Shown here piece after piece: positions 12,195 to 23,700 of a stretch of DNA of 64,000 nucleotides. The notes under the pieces are model-generated. The model had not been told where the DNA came from. It searched no databases and saw only the letters and a list, made by a program, of their open reading frames with translations. Source of the stretch: TPA_inf: Saccharomyces (lineage: Eukaryota); contig BK006946.2 in assembly GCA_000146045.2 (NCBI GenBank), positions 860,432 through 924,431 of the forward strand. The letters run 5' to 3'. Every line of letters begins with the position of its first letter. Positions within the stretch are counted from its first letter, which is position 1. The position numbers and the translations under genes are program-made.

Positions 12195-12859
12195 GGTTTA
12201 CTTTTACAAATACTACTTCCTGTATAGGCCCGCTATATTTTGGTTTTAGATCCTGTCAATACTGAGTTCATCTTTCATTTTCTCAATATAACATTACCGT
12301 TATCTCCCTTATACTTCTCAAATTCCCATCTACGGAACCCTGATCAAGCCCTGAGAAACTATATGAGGGTGTGTACATTGCAGTGCATCATTTGTGAGGG
12401 TTCAATAATTGAAATTATAGGGTGGACGTCAAGACGAAAAGTGAAAAATTACATCCGTATAGAATTATATAACTTGATGAGATGAGATGAGTAAATGACA
12501 GAAGAATTACCGTTTCATCATTGAACTTCGATCATTTCAATGCTGGCATGCGAAGGAAAATGAGAAATATCGAGGGAGACGATTCAGAGGAGCAGGACAA
12601 ACTATAACCGACTGTTTGTTGGAGGATGCCGTACATAACGAACACTGCTGAAGCTACCATGTCTACAGTTTAGAGGAATGGGTACAACTCACAGGCGAGG
12701 GATGGTGTTCACTCGTGCTAGCAAACGCGGTGGGAGCAAAAAGTAGAATATTATCTTTTATTCGTGAAACTTCGAACACTGTCATCTAAAGATGCTATAT
12801 ACTAATATAGGCATACTTGATAATGAAAACTATAAATCGTAAAGACATAAGAGATCCGC

Positions 12860-13906
12860 TTATTTAGAAGTGTCAACAACGTATCTACCAGCAATTTGGC
12901 CCTTCTCCATCTTTTCGTAAATTTCTGGTAAACTGGATAAGCCAACTACCTTTATTGGAGACTTGACTAGACCTCTGGCAAAGAAATCTAAGGCTTCTCT
13001 GGTATCAGCTCTGTTCCCCACGTAAGAGCCGACAATGGAGATAGACTTGACAACGTGGTTGAAGACATCAGAGGAGCACTTTGCACCGGCTGGCAAACCA
13101 ACCAAGACAACAGTACCGTTCGCCCTACAGTATCTGGTAGAAGCTTCGATAGCGGCTTCGGAAACGGAAACATTGATGATACCGTGGGCACCGCCGTTGG
13201 TAGCCTTAACGACTGCGCTAACAATGTCCTTCTCTTTGGTGAAGTCGATGAATACTTCACCACCGAGCGAGGTAAACAATTCTTCCTTTCCTGGACCACC
13301 ATCAATACCTAAGACTCTGTAACCCATCGCCTTAGCATATTGAACAGCCAAAGAACCTAGACCACCAGCAGCACCAGAAATGGCCGCCCAGTGGCCTGCT
13401 CTCAAGTTGGCAGACTTCAAAGCCTTGTATACGGTGATACCAGCACACAAGATTGGCGCGACTTCAGCCAAGTCAGTACCTTGAGGAATGTGAGCGGCTT
13501 GAACAGCGTCAGCGGTAGCGTATTCTTGGAAAGAACCGTCGTGGGTGTAACCAGACAAGTCAGCGTGAGGACAGTTGGATTCGTTACCCAATTCACAGTA
13601 TTCACAGGCCATACAAGAACCGTTCAACCATTTGATACCGGCGTAGTCACCGATCTTCCAGCCCTTAACGTTTTCACCCATGCCGACAACGACACCGGCA
13701 CCTTCGTGACCACCAACTAATGGTAACTTAGTTGGCAATGGCCAGTCACCATGCCAAGCGTGCAAATCGGTGTGGCAGACACCAGAGTACTTGACGTTGA
13801 TTAACAATTCGTTGGGCTTTGGCTTTGGAACTGGGATATCCTTATGCTCCAACTTGCCGTTGGATTCGTAGAAGATAATGGCTTTTTGAGTTTCTGGAAT
13901 AGACAT
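12860..13906 (-). CDS. ADH2: Glucose-repressible alcohol dehydrogenase II, 348 aa
   Basis: Unmistakable zinc-ADH sequence ([19 protein letters not shown]..., [16 protein letters not shown]). The upstream region carries the classical ADH2 UAS1 palindrome and dA20 tract. Confidence 0.97.
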   Translation of the reverse strand: MSIPETQKAIIFYESNGKLEHKDIPVPKPKPNELLINVKYSGVCHTDLHAWHGDWPLPTKLPLVGGHEGAGVVVGMGENVKGWKIGDYAGIKWLNGSCMACEYCELGNESNCPHADLSGYTHDGSFQEYATADAVQAAHIPQGTDLAEVAPILCAGITVYKALKSANLRAGHWAAISGAAGGLGSLAVQYAKAMGYRVLGIDGGPGKEELFTSLGGEVFIDFTKEKDIVSAVVKATNGGAHGIINVSVSEAAIEASTRYCRANGTVVLVGLPAGAKCSSDVFNHVVKSISIVGSYVGNRADTREALDFFARGLVKSPIKVVGLSSLPEIYEKMEKGQIAGRYVVDTSK

Positions 13907-14059
13907 TGTGTATTACGATATAGTTAATAGTTGATAGTTGATTGTATGCTTTTTGTAGCTTGATATTCTATTTACCAAGAAGAAACAAGAAGTGATAAAA
14001 ACAACAAGAGAGCAGTAGTAAGAGTATTTCGAGTGTGAAAAAAGTCGCTACTGGCACTC

Positions 14060-14067
14060 TATTTATA
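14060..14067 (-). promoter_or_regulatory. ADH2 TATA box (TATAAATA on the coding strand), ~155 bp upstream of the ATG
   Basis: The plus strand reads tatttata. Its position agrees with the mapped ADH2 TATA. Confidence 0.6.
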
Positions 14068-14128
14068 TGTGATAGGCATGCTATAGCTTTACCAAAAAGT
14101 GAACCCCATTTCTATGCTCTCCTCTGCC

Positions 14129-14148
14129 TTTTTTTTTTTTTTTTTTTT
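14129..14148 (-). promoter_or_regulatory. Poly(dA)20:(dT)20 tract of the ADH2 promoter
   Basis: Exactly 20 consecutive T on the plus strand, which is dA20 on the ADH2 sense strand, lying between UAS1 and the TATA box as described for ADH2. Confidence 0.85.
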
Positions 14149-14176
14149 CATTCTCTCAATCTGAAATTCTCTTATT

Positions 14177-14198
14177 TCTCCAACTTATAAGTTGGAGA
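14177..14198. promoter_or_regulatory. ADH2 UAS1: perfect 22-bp palindrome TCTCCAACTTATAAGTTGGAGA, binding site for two Adr1 monomers
   Basis: Perfect inverted repeat read directly from the sequence, 271-292 bp upstream of the ADH2 ATG. This matches the published UAS1 position. Confidence 0.95.
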
Positions 14199-14555
14199 TG
14201 CCCGGTGTTCCGGCAGAGGAGATCAGTCTCGTGAAGTGGATGGTTTCCCGCCTGCGGGCAAAACGTCATAACATTTTTATGAGCGAAAGCCGTTAATGAA
14301 GACAAAATCCCTTAATTAAAACATTAGAATGGTGATTAGAAAGGCAGGATTAATCAGTTACACAGGCTGTAACCGGAGAGACGGATCATAAGGCAATTTT
14401 TAGATAAGACTGGTTAGAGTTCTTGGCATCAGAAAATTTGAGAAACGATTTTTCCGTTTGTTTGCCCCTACGTTTTGCCCCTTTGATCAAACTATCAGTT
14501 AAGATATTAATTTTTTTGAGAAAACGATTCTTTGATTAGTCTCTTCAAACAAACA

Positions 14556-17500
14556 ATGAGCTCTGAAGACGAATTGGGAAGTATCGGTACTGTGTTTCCC
14601 GGAAGTCCCATAGATAAGAGCATTGGGAGTATTCTCCCACAATTTGATGAAGAAGTGGAGACTTTGCTGGAAGATAGCTTCACGTGGAACATTCCTGACT
14701 GGAACGAGTTAACAAACCCGAAATACAATTCGCCCAGGTTTAGAATTGGTGATTTCGAATGGGACATTCTATTATTCCCTCAGGGAAACCATAATAAAGG
14801 TGTTGCGGTATATCTGGAACCTCATCCGGAAGAAAAATTAGATGAGACTACGGGAGAGATGGTGCCAGTTGATCCGGACTGGTATTGTTGTGCTCAGTTT
14901 GCCATTGGTATATCTAGACCTGGTAATGGTGACACCATCAATTTAATTAACAAATCGCATCACCGATTCAACGCTCTAGATACAGACTGGGGATTTGCAA
15001 ATTTGATAGATTTGAACAACTTGAAACATCCCTCAAAAGGAAGACCGCTTTCGTTCTTAAACGAAGGGACCTTGAACATAACAGCGTATGTGCGCATATT
15101 GAAGGATCCTACTGGTGTCTTGTGGCATAATTTCCTGAATTATGACTCGAAGAAAGTCACGGGCTATGTTGGCTTCCGAAATCAGGGTGCCACATGCTAT
15201 TTGAATTCGTTATTGCAATCTTACTTCTTTACAAAATACTTCAGAAAACTGGTTTACGAAATACCCACCGAACATGAAAGTCCAAACAACAGTGTCCCAT
15301 TGGCTTTGCAAAGAGCTTTCTACCAACTACAAGTATCCGATATACCATTAGACACTTTGGAACTTACCAGGTCATTCGGTTGGGACACTGCGGAATCCTT
15401 CACTCAACACGATGTGCAGGAATTGAATAGGATATTAATGGACAGGCTGGAAAATAATATGAAGGGAACACCCGTGGAGGGGAAGTTAAATGAAATATTT
15501 GTCGGAAAAATGAAAAGTTATATTAAATGTATCAATGTTGATTATGAATCTGCTAGAGTGGAGGACTTTTGGGATCTGCAACTGAATGTCAAAAATTTCA
15601 AGAATTTACAAGAATCTTTTGACAATTACATTGAGATGGAACTAATGAATGGTGAAAATCAGTATGCTGCTCAAGACTATGGTTTGCAAGATGCTCAAAA
15701 AGGTGTTATATTCGAATCATTTCCGCCAGTTTTACATCTGCAGTTGAAAAGATTTGAATACGATTTTAATTATGATCAGATGGTAAAGGTTAACGATAAA
15801 TATGAATTTCCTGAAACAATTGACTTGTCGCCCTTCGTTGATAAAGACGTATTAAAGAAAACGTTAGACTCGGAGAACAAGGATAAGAATCCTTATGTTT
15901 ATAACTTACATGGTGTGCTAGTTCATTCTGGTGATATATCTACCGGCCACTACTATACTCTGATTAAACCTGGTGTTGAAGATCAATGGTACAGATTTGA
16001 TGATGAAAGGGTTTGGAGGGTCACAAAGAAACAAGTTTTCCAAGAAAATTTTGGATGTGATAGGTTGCCTGATGAAAAAGTTCGTACAATGACGAGAGGT
16101 GAGTATCAGAACTATATCATTCAACGCCATACAAGTGCTTATATGCTTGTTTATATACGTCAAGAACAAGAGGAGGATTTGCTGCGTCCAGTTTTGGAAT
16201 CTGATGTTCCTAAGCATGTAATCACAAGAGTAAGAGAAGAAATCAAAGAACGGGAAACAAAAGAAAAGGAAATTAGAGAAGCACACCTGTATGTCACGCT
16301 CAGATTGCACTCAATCAAAGAGTTTATTCATTATGAAGGATTTGACTATTTCGCACATGATGGGTTTAGGTTATTTGCAGAGGAGCTCAATGACTCTGGT
16401 TTGCAGCAAATCAACTTAAAAGTCTTGAGAACAACTAAGTTATCGGATATTTTTGCAAGCATTAAGGAAACTATGAATATTCCACAAGAAAGGGACGTCA
16501 AATATTGGAAAATGGATTATCGCAGAAACAGCACTTTGCGTTTAACACAACCCATAAATTTTGAATCCGTAAACATCACTTTGCAGGAGGCATTAAAAAA
16601 GGAGAAGAAAAGGACTATGCAAACGCAATATGGAGAGGAAGGTGTTGCTAGTACTGAGGAAGACGACAAGGCACTTTTAGAAACTGTATCATTCTTAGAT
16701 CTTTTCATTGAGGAGCCCTATCTAGAGTTACAATTTTTGAACAAGCTGAAGGAAGCTTCTTTAATCTCAAAGGCCCAGCTGGATGATGAGCTGATATCAA
16801 CTATAAGAACGAATCTTCCAGAACTAACAAAGGGAGGAATCGAGCCTGTTTTTGCCACCGACAATAAATCTAATTTGCTATTCGTCAAGAGCTACGACCC
16901 ACATACCCAAAAGCTATTGGGATTTGGCCATTTTGCCGTAAATCAATTGCAACAGCTATCGGATATATCTGCAATTATTGAGGACAGCATTTCTTCCAAC
17001 GAAAAGCTGACTTTCTACGAAGAAGTCCAACCTGGTACCATAAATGAAATATATATGAAGGAGACAATATATGATGCTGATATAGACACGGGTGATATAG
17101 TTTCATTTGAGGTTCCAGGTGCTGTTTTGCCAGATACTTTTCCAGTTTACGCAACAATCAAAGATTTTTACTCATATCTGAGGTATCGTGTAAAATTGAA
17201 GTTTTCTAAATTTGACGGTTCAAGTGAGGAATATGGAGTTAGTAATGAAATCCCAGAGAGCTTCGAATTCTGGATATCCGCTTATGCACCTTATGATGAC
17301 CTTGCTAGAATGGTGTCGAAATATGCGCACGTTAAGCCAGAATATCTAAAGATTATTGCCCTTTATTCTAATGGAAGATTTGTGTTAAAATCAACCTCAC
17401 TTTTGAATGATTACCTTTTGAAAGATTTCAATTGCGATCAAATACCGCCTTTTGCATTTGAAGTATTGTCTGTGCCTTTGAAAGAATTGGAGCGTTTGAG

Positions 17501-18248
17501 GCCAATTAAATTATATTGGCTAAAAAATAGTTATATTCATTATCAATGTTTCGAATTCGAAGTCGCAAACGATTATACAGAATCTCAATTTCTTGAAAAA
17601 GTGCAACACAAGATCGGCTTTACCGATGAAGAAAAGGAGAACATCTTACTCTGGACCAACACAAATTTCCAGTTTCAGGGCTTATTATCGGACCAAAACA
17701 CCTTCAAAGATGTGAGTAAACATTCTTTACTCTTTGGTAGAATTTTACCCGAGGAGTCTAAATTGTTCAAAGAATTAAATCGTCTAGAAAACGTACAAAC
17801 ATCTTCATTGGAGGATTTTATGGATGATGAAAACGCGACTGACAGACCAATGGACGATGAGCAAGATCTAGGTATGGCGATAGAACATTCTGAAGATATG
17901 AAAGGGCGTATAGTGGTTGTTCAACAATATTTCAAAGACCTTGAGAATAGACACGGAATATCCTTCTTATTTAATTTAATACCAGACGAAACATTCCCAA
18001 AGACAAAAGATCGTCTTCATGCAAAATTTGGTCTCGGACAAAAAGAATTTTCAAAGATCAAATTAAGTATTGGTTACTCCACTGAAGAAGGTACGGTGTT
18101 TAGAAGTTTGCAAGGATTTTCGGACGAAGAATTGGACAAAGTTATATTGTATGACATTATGTCCAACTTAGATTATATCTACATGGATCATCCGGATAGA
18201 TTGAGATCGCATTCTTCCTATGATAGACCAATGATCATTAAAAACTGA
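14556..18248 (+). CDS. UBP15: Ubiquitin-specific protease with N-terminal MATH/TRAF domain, 1230 aa
   Basis: USP Cys box GFRNQGATCYLNSLLQ and His box YNLHGVLVHSGDISTGHYY. The ORF begins 8 codons earlier; the start is placed at MSSEDELGS to give 1230 aa. Confidence 0.88.
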   Translation: MSSEDELGSIGTVFPGSPIDKSIGSILPQFDEEVETLLEDSFTWNIPDWNELTNPKYNSPRFRIGDFEWDILLFPQGNHNKGVAVYLEPHPEEKLDETTGEMVPVDPDWYCCAQFAIGISRPGNGDTINLINKSHHRFNALDTDWGFANLIDLNNLKHPSKGRPLSFLNEGTLNITAYVRILKDPTGVLWHNFLNYDSKKVTGYVGFRNQGATCYLNSLLQSYFFTKYFRKLVYEIPTEHESPNNSVPLALQRAFYQLQVSDIPLDTLELTRSFGWDTAESFTQHDVQELNRILMDRLENNMKGTPVEGKLNEIFVGKMKSYIKCINVDYESARVEDFWDLQLNVKNFKNLQESFDNYIEMELMNGENQYAAQDYGLQDAQKGVIFESFPPVLHLQLKRFEYDFNYDQMVKVNDKYEFPETIDLSPFVDKDVLKKTLDSENKDKNPYVYNLHGVLVHSGDISTGHYYTLIKPGVEDQWYRFDDERVWRVTKKQVFQENFGCDRLPDEKVRTMTRGEYQNYIIQRHTSAYMLVYIRQEQEEDLLRPVLESDVPKHVITRVREEIKERETKEKEIREAHLYVTLRLHSIKEFIHYEGFDYFAHDGFRLFAEELNDSGLQQINLKVLRTTKLSDIFASIKETMNIPQERDVKYWKMDYRRNSTLRLTQPINFESVNITLQEALKKEKKRTMQTQYGEEGVASTEEDDKALLETVSFLDLFIEEPYLELQFLNKLKEASLISKAQLDDELISTIRTNLPELTKGGIEPVFATDNKSNLLFVKSYDPHTQKLLGFGHFAVNQLQQLSDISAIIEDSISSNEKLTFYEEVQPGTINEIYMKETIYDADIDTGDIVSFEVPGAVLPDTFPVYATIKDFYSYLRYRVKLKFSKFDGSSEEYGVSNEIPESFEFWISAYAPYDDLARMVSKYAHVKPEYLKIIALYSNGRFVLKSTSLLNDYLLKDFNCDQIPPFAFEVLSVPLKELERLRPIKLYWLKNSYIHYQCFEFEVANDYTESQFLEKVQHKIGFTDEEKENILLWTNTNFQFQGLLSDQNTFKDVSKHSLLFGRILPEESKLFKELNRLENVQTSSLEDFMDDENATDRPMDDEQDLGMAIEHSEDMKGRIVVVQQYFKDLENRHGISFLFNLIPDETFPKTKDRLHAKFGLGQKEFSKIKLSIGYSTEEGTVFRSLQGFSDEELDKVILYDIMSNLDYIYMDHPDRLRSHSSYDRPMIIKN

Positions 18249-18631
18249 TACGTCTTACGACTATGTTTAGCTTTGATGTTTTCTCCATTTTTTTTATGTT
18301 TTTTTATGATAATCTCTCAGCCGCCATCACTTCCACACAGGCAATGCTCTACAGTTTTATTTTGCTTTTAGGTAATGCCGCATATATATATATATATAAG
18401 TTAGAACACAAACTATAGAGCAGCGAGGACCCGTAGCTAAAAGGAAGACAAATTGAAAAATCTTTCACAAATGAGTATAGAATATATACTTTACACAAAA
18501 CACATAAGTAAACAATAACGTGATAAGAATAGGAGAGCAAATATGGGAAAGGGCTTATTTCCCCCATATTTGGCTGCTTTTTAAGAAAAAGGGAAAAAGA
18601 ATGATCATAAAGTAAATGAAGTTTCAGTGGT

Positions 18632-19801
18632 TTAATCACTTGATAGAATACCCCAGTATTTTTCAACACCGTATTGCCCATCATCTTTCCATAGATCATT
18701 GAAGGCGGTAAATAAGTAAGCTGAAGAGCCGCAGGAGCTTTTGATAGAAGAAATGGCGGCTTCTTGGTTTGCTTTAGATGGGACAGCTTCGCCGTAAGTA
18801 TCACCCTTAGATGGCCAACCAGTTTCGGTAATAACGACGTCCTTTTTCCCACCACAAGCAGTGTAAACCCTTTCGATTTGTTCTAGTACCCATGGTCCTG
18901 CATCTTGGGCCGCAGTATTTTCATCGAAGTATGCATGGGCGTTGACAGCCATATAGTCAGAATAATTACACAGGTCAGGGTTATTTATAACAGCAATGAA
19001 GGTATCAACGGAAACGACTGAGCCTGTATAACCAGCAGAGGTTAAAGCTGACTTGGCCGTGGAAACGTATTCACCGACTTGCGTCGTAGTGGCAGAACCG
19101 CCATTGACCAGTTCGTTACCGACAGAAACAGTGGTAATATCATCCCAGGAGCCATAAGACTCAACTGCAGATTTAATAGTATCAACGGCGTCTTGAATTT
19201 TGTCAACGTAATATATGCCTAAGAATAATTTCTGGCTTGAAGTTTTAGCTTGCAAGACATTCTCAACCTGACTACAGTCAACGCCATATAATCTGATGTT
19301 GTCAAAACCAGTCAACTGTTCTAAATCTGAGGCGACTTGAGCAGTAGATTTACAGGACCCATCATCATTGTAAGGACTGTAAGTAATACCCTTAGCACCG
19401 GAGGCTGAGATACTAGATGAAGCGGAGGATGAAGCTGAAGATGAAGTTGAGGATGAGGATGAGGGTGAGGATGAAGTCGAAGAACCAACCGTAGATGCTG
19501 CCTCGGAAGATTGAAGAGTGCTGGTTTGTTGTTGAGAAGTGACGACATTAGCGGAAGTTGTTGGTTCTAAAGTGGATGTAGTTGCTTGAGAAGCAACTGC
19601 AGTACTGCTGGTAGTAGCTACAACAGCATTCTCGTTCACTGGAACAATAGTTTCGCCGCTGTTACCGGAAACGACAACAGTAACCTGCGCATGGACTGTG
19701 GCAGTAACAACGTCACGCTTTTCATGTTTATGGCGAACAGCAGGAGCTCCTAGAGCTCCGGTTAATAATGCAGATACAGTTAGGAAATTTGAAAAACGCA
19801 T
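18632..19801 (-). CDS. SCW10: Cell-wall glucanase-like protein (GH17 family), 389 aa, secreted
   Basis: Signal peptide MRFSNFLTVSALLTGALGAPA, Ser/Thr-rich linker and a GH17-like C-terminal domain. Length and position match YMR305C. Confidence 0.85.
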   Translation of the reverse strand: MRFSNFLTVSALLTGALGAPAVRHKHEKRDVVTATVHAQVTVVVSGNSGETIVPVNENAVVATTSSTAVASQATTSTLEPTTSANVVTSQQQTSTLQSSEAASTVGSSTSSSPSSSSSTSSSASSSASSSISASGAKGITYSPYNDDGSCKSTAQVASDLEQLTGFDNIRLYGVDCSQVENVLQAKTSSQKLFLGIYYVDKIQDAVDTIKSAVESYGSWDDITTVSVGNELVNGGSATTTQVGEYVSTAKSALTSAGYTGSVVSVDTFIAVINNPDLCNYSDYMAVNAHAYFDENTAAQDAGPWVLEQIERVYTACGGKKDVVITETGWPSKGDTYGEAVPSKANQEAAISSIKSSCGSSAYLFTAFNDLWKDDGQYGVEKYWGILSSD

Positions 19802-20727
19802 AATGGAATGAAGACTTTTTTTGCGTTAATACTATCTTTTGACAATTTGAAAAAAAGAACAGTAATAGTAAAGGAGAGACGTGACAGTTGGATGTTCAGC
19901 TCAATATTGCAAAAGTATAGTATTTAACTCTTTTATTTGGGCCTATATAATAGATGAATTTAAAATGGGAAAAATATGATGCACGCTTCAAAGATACACT
20001 GTAAGACAAACTTCACGCAGACATCTTTCCCTCCATTATAAATACTACAGTTTTGAAACAAACGTGGAAAAGAAGGCTTATGGATACGGCTCTCGATGGA
20101 GAAGTTACTGTACACATGAAAACACGAATAACTTTCAAACGCGTGCGACGTTTGTTACCATATTCAAACGTTTCAACGCGAATTTTTTGTCCGCTGTTTC
20201 GCGCAATTAAAAGTCTTGGCATTTTTCTCTTCAGGTTTTACTTCGTCCGAAATCTTCGAGGACTTTTCCGAAAAAGGTAAATTACTGCAAACGGTCTTTC
20301 GCGAAATCTAGACCGAAGATCTCTGGGGATATGTAAGGAACAAATATTTTTGTCATTGAGGGCTTAGATAAAAAGAAAATCTAGATGTCTTGCCTGAGAA
20401 AAAGAAAGAGGGAGGCATTCTTTCTTAATTATTACCGTGCCTGGTATCAGCATAAGTGAAGGCCGAGACAGCTTTCGTATATGGCTGTTGCACGTCTCTG
20501 AACTAATCATTCTCGCCCATCAAGATCGGACCATCTTGCCTAGTGCGGCAATGATGGTTAAATTATGCGGGTAAGAGTTTTACATGGTCAGCGGCTATTT
20601 GGCGAGAACCTTCAAAAGTAATTATGCCTTCTAGGATTTGCCACTATACAACTTAATCATTAAGGGCTGTGGAACTGCATATTGGGAAAAGAAAAACATA
20701 CTGAGAAGGAAAGTTAAGGAGTTGAAT

Positions 20728-23700
20728 ATGGATTTTATGAGTCCCAAGTTTTCGCTAACTGACGTTGAGTATCCTGCTTGGTGCCAAGACGATGAAGTCC
20801 CAATAACAATGCAGGAAATTAGAGAAATTTTTGTGGAGCTCATGGATAAGTTTGGCTTCCAGAAATCTTCTATGGAAAATATGTATCAACATTTAATGGG
20901 ACAGCTGGACTCCAGGGCAAGTCGTACAGGTGCTCAAAATGCTTTAGTATCGCTACATGTTTCATATATTGGAGGCGAACACGCAAATTATAGAAAATGG
21001 TATTTTGCCGCTCAGCTCGATTTAGATGAAGAGATCGGGTTTCAAAACATGCGACTACATGGAAAGGCACGCCAAAGAAACGTAAAAATGGCGAAGAAAA
21101 GAGGCGTATCGATAAAGGAACAAATTAAGCAATGGAATGAGAAGGAGCAAGAGTTCATCAATAACCATCCAAAGATCACACTGACTCAAGAACAATTGGA
21201 AGATCAGACAAACTTGAAAAGTGCAGACTACAAATGGAAATTGAAAATGAAAAAATTGACGCCCGAAAATATGATAAGACAGCTGGCCCTTTATTTGCTT
21301 TGCTGGGGTGAAGCCAATCAAGTCAGATTCGCCCCAGAATGCCTTTGCTTTATTTTCAAATGTGCACTTGATTATGATATTAGTACGTCAAGTAGCGAAA
21401 AAACGGTGAAATCACCTGAGTATTCATACTTAAATGACGTTATTACTCCCTTATACGAATTCCTAAGGGGCCAAGTATACAAAAAAGACGCAAAGGGGAA
21501 CTGGAAACGAAGAGAAAAAGACCACAAGAATATTATTGGTTACGACGACATCAATCAATTATTTTGGTACCCGGAAGGATTTGAACGTATTATTTTAAAC
21601 AATGGAGAACGATTAGTTGACAAGCCATTGGAGGAGAGATATCTTTACTTTAAAGACGTTGCATGGTCTAAAGTATTTTATAAGACATATAGAGAAACCA
21701 GAAGTTGGAAGCATTGTTTTACCAATTTCAATAGATTCTGGATTATCCATTTTGCACCGTTTTGGTTCTTCACCACATTTAATTCCCCCACTTTGTACAC
21801 CAAGAATTATATACAGTTATTGAATAACCAGCCTACACCCCAAGTTAGACTATCAGTGATTGCCTTTGGAGGCACAATTGCATGTTTAGTTCAAATTTTA
21901 GCCACCGTGTTCGAGTGGGGATTTGTACCTCGAGAATGGCCAGGCGCTCAGCATTTATCGAGTAGAATGATTGGCTTACTTTTTTGTCTTGCAATCAATT
22001 TGGGACCTTCCGTGTATGTTCTGGGGTTTTTCGAATGGGATGTTCATTCAAAATCTGCGTATATCGTGTCCATCGTCCAACTAATCATTGCATTTTTAAC
22101 CACTTTTTTTTTTGCTGTCAGACCTTTGGGCGGCTTATTTCGTCCATATTTGAATAAAGACAAAAAACATCGGAGGTACATCTCATCGCAAACCTTTACC
22201 GCTTCATTTCCTAAGCTGACAGGACGCAGCAAATGGTTTTCTTATGGGTTATGGGTATTTGTGTATTTGGCGAAATATATTGAGTCCTATTTTTTTTTGA
22301 CCTTGTCCCTCAGGGACCCCATCAGGGTCCTCTCTATTATGGATTTGTCCAGATGTCAAGGTGAATATTTGTTGGGTCCTATTCTATGTAAATGGCAAGC
22401 CAAAATTACATTAGTTCTCATGCTGCTTTCTGACTTGGGCCTGTTTTTTCTCGACACTTACCTTTGGTACATTATTTGCAACTGTATTTTTTCCATTGTA
22501 CTGTCATTTTCTCTTGGTACTTCAATTCTCACGCCATGGAAGAATGTATACTCTCGATTGCCAAAAAGGATATATTCCAAAATCCTTGCTACTTCAGAGA
22601 TGGATGTAAAATTTAAAGCAAAAATACTGATATCGCAGGTTTGGAATGCCATTGTTATATCAATGTATAGGGAACATCTTCTCTCCATTGAACATTTACA
22701 AAGACTCTTGTTTCAGCAAGTTGACTCCTTAATGGGAGACACAAGAACCCTGAAATCGCCTACATTTTTCGTTGCACAAGATGATTCAACGTTCAAGTCA
22801 ATGGAATTTTTTCCATCAAATTCAGAGGCAAAAAGAAGGATATCCTTTTTTGCCCAATCCCTGGCGACCCCCATTTCAGAACCTGTTCCAGTGGATTGTA
22901 TGCCAACTTTTACCGTTTTGGTACCCCATTATTCAGAAAAGATTCTGTTGGGCTTGAAGGAAATTATCAGGGAAGAATCTCCTAAAAGTAAAATCACGGT
23001 GCTTGAGTATTTGAAGCATCTACACCCTACAGAATGGGAATGTTTTGTTAAGGATACCAAACTACTAAGCATGGAAAAGAGCTTTTTGAAAGAGGCAGAG
23101 AGCAGTCATGATGAAGATAGATTGGAAATTCCGGATGCTCTGTACGATCCAAGGTCTAGCCCGCTTTCTGACCATACTGAGTCCCGGAAGTTGCCCACAG
23201 AAGACGATCTTATTAAGGAGAAAATTAATGATTTGCCATTTTCTTACTTTGGCTTCAACTCATCAGAACCATCGTACACCCTGAGAACAAGAATCTGGGC
23301 ATCATTGCGGACGCAGACTTTGTACCGAACCCTTTCAGGGTTTATGAACTATTCCAAAGCTATTAAGCTACTGTATCGAATTGAAAACCCCTCTTTAGTT
23401 AGCTTGTATCGTGGCAATAATGAAGCATTGGAGAATGACTTAGAAAATATGGCTAGCAGGAAATTTAGGATGGTTGTTGCTATGCAGAGATATGCAAAAT
23501 TTAATAAGGATGAAGTGGAGGCAACAGAACTACTTTTAAGAGCCTATCCAAATATGTTTATATCTTACCTTTTGGAAGAATTAGAGCAAAATGAATCTGA
23601 GAAAACGTACTATTCGTGCCTGACTAATGGCTATGCTGAGTTTGACGAAGAAAGTGGATTAAGGAAGCCAATATTCAAAATTCGCCTGTCGGGCAATCCA

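Noticed and set aside
13035-13720. Several plus-strand ORFs of 85-109 aa inside ADH2
   Set aside because: Antisense to a highly expressed, codon-biased gene; no independent evidence of coding.
18349-18855. 168-aa minus-strand ORF overlapping the SCW10 3' end and terminator
   Set aside because: Overlaps the SCW10 C-terminal codons out of frame and continues into AT-rich 3' UTR; no protein features.
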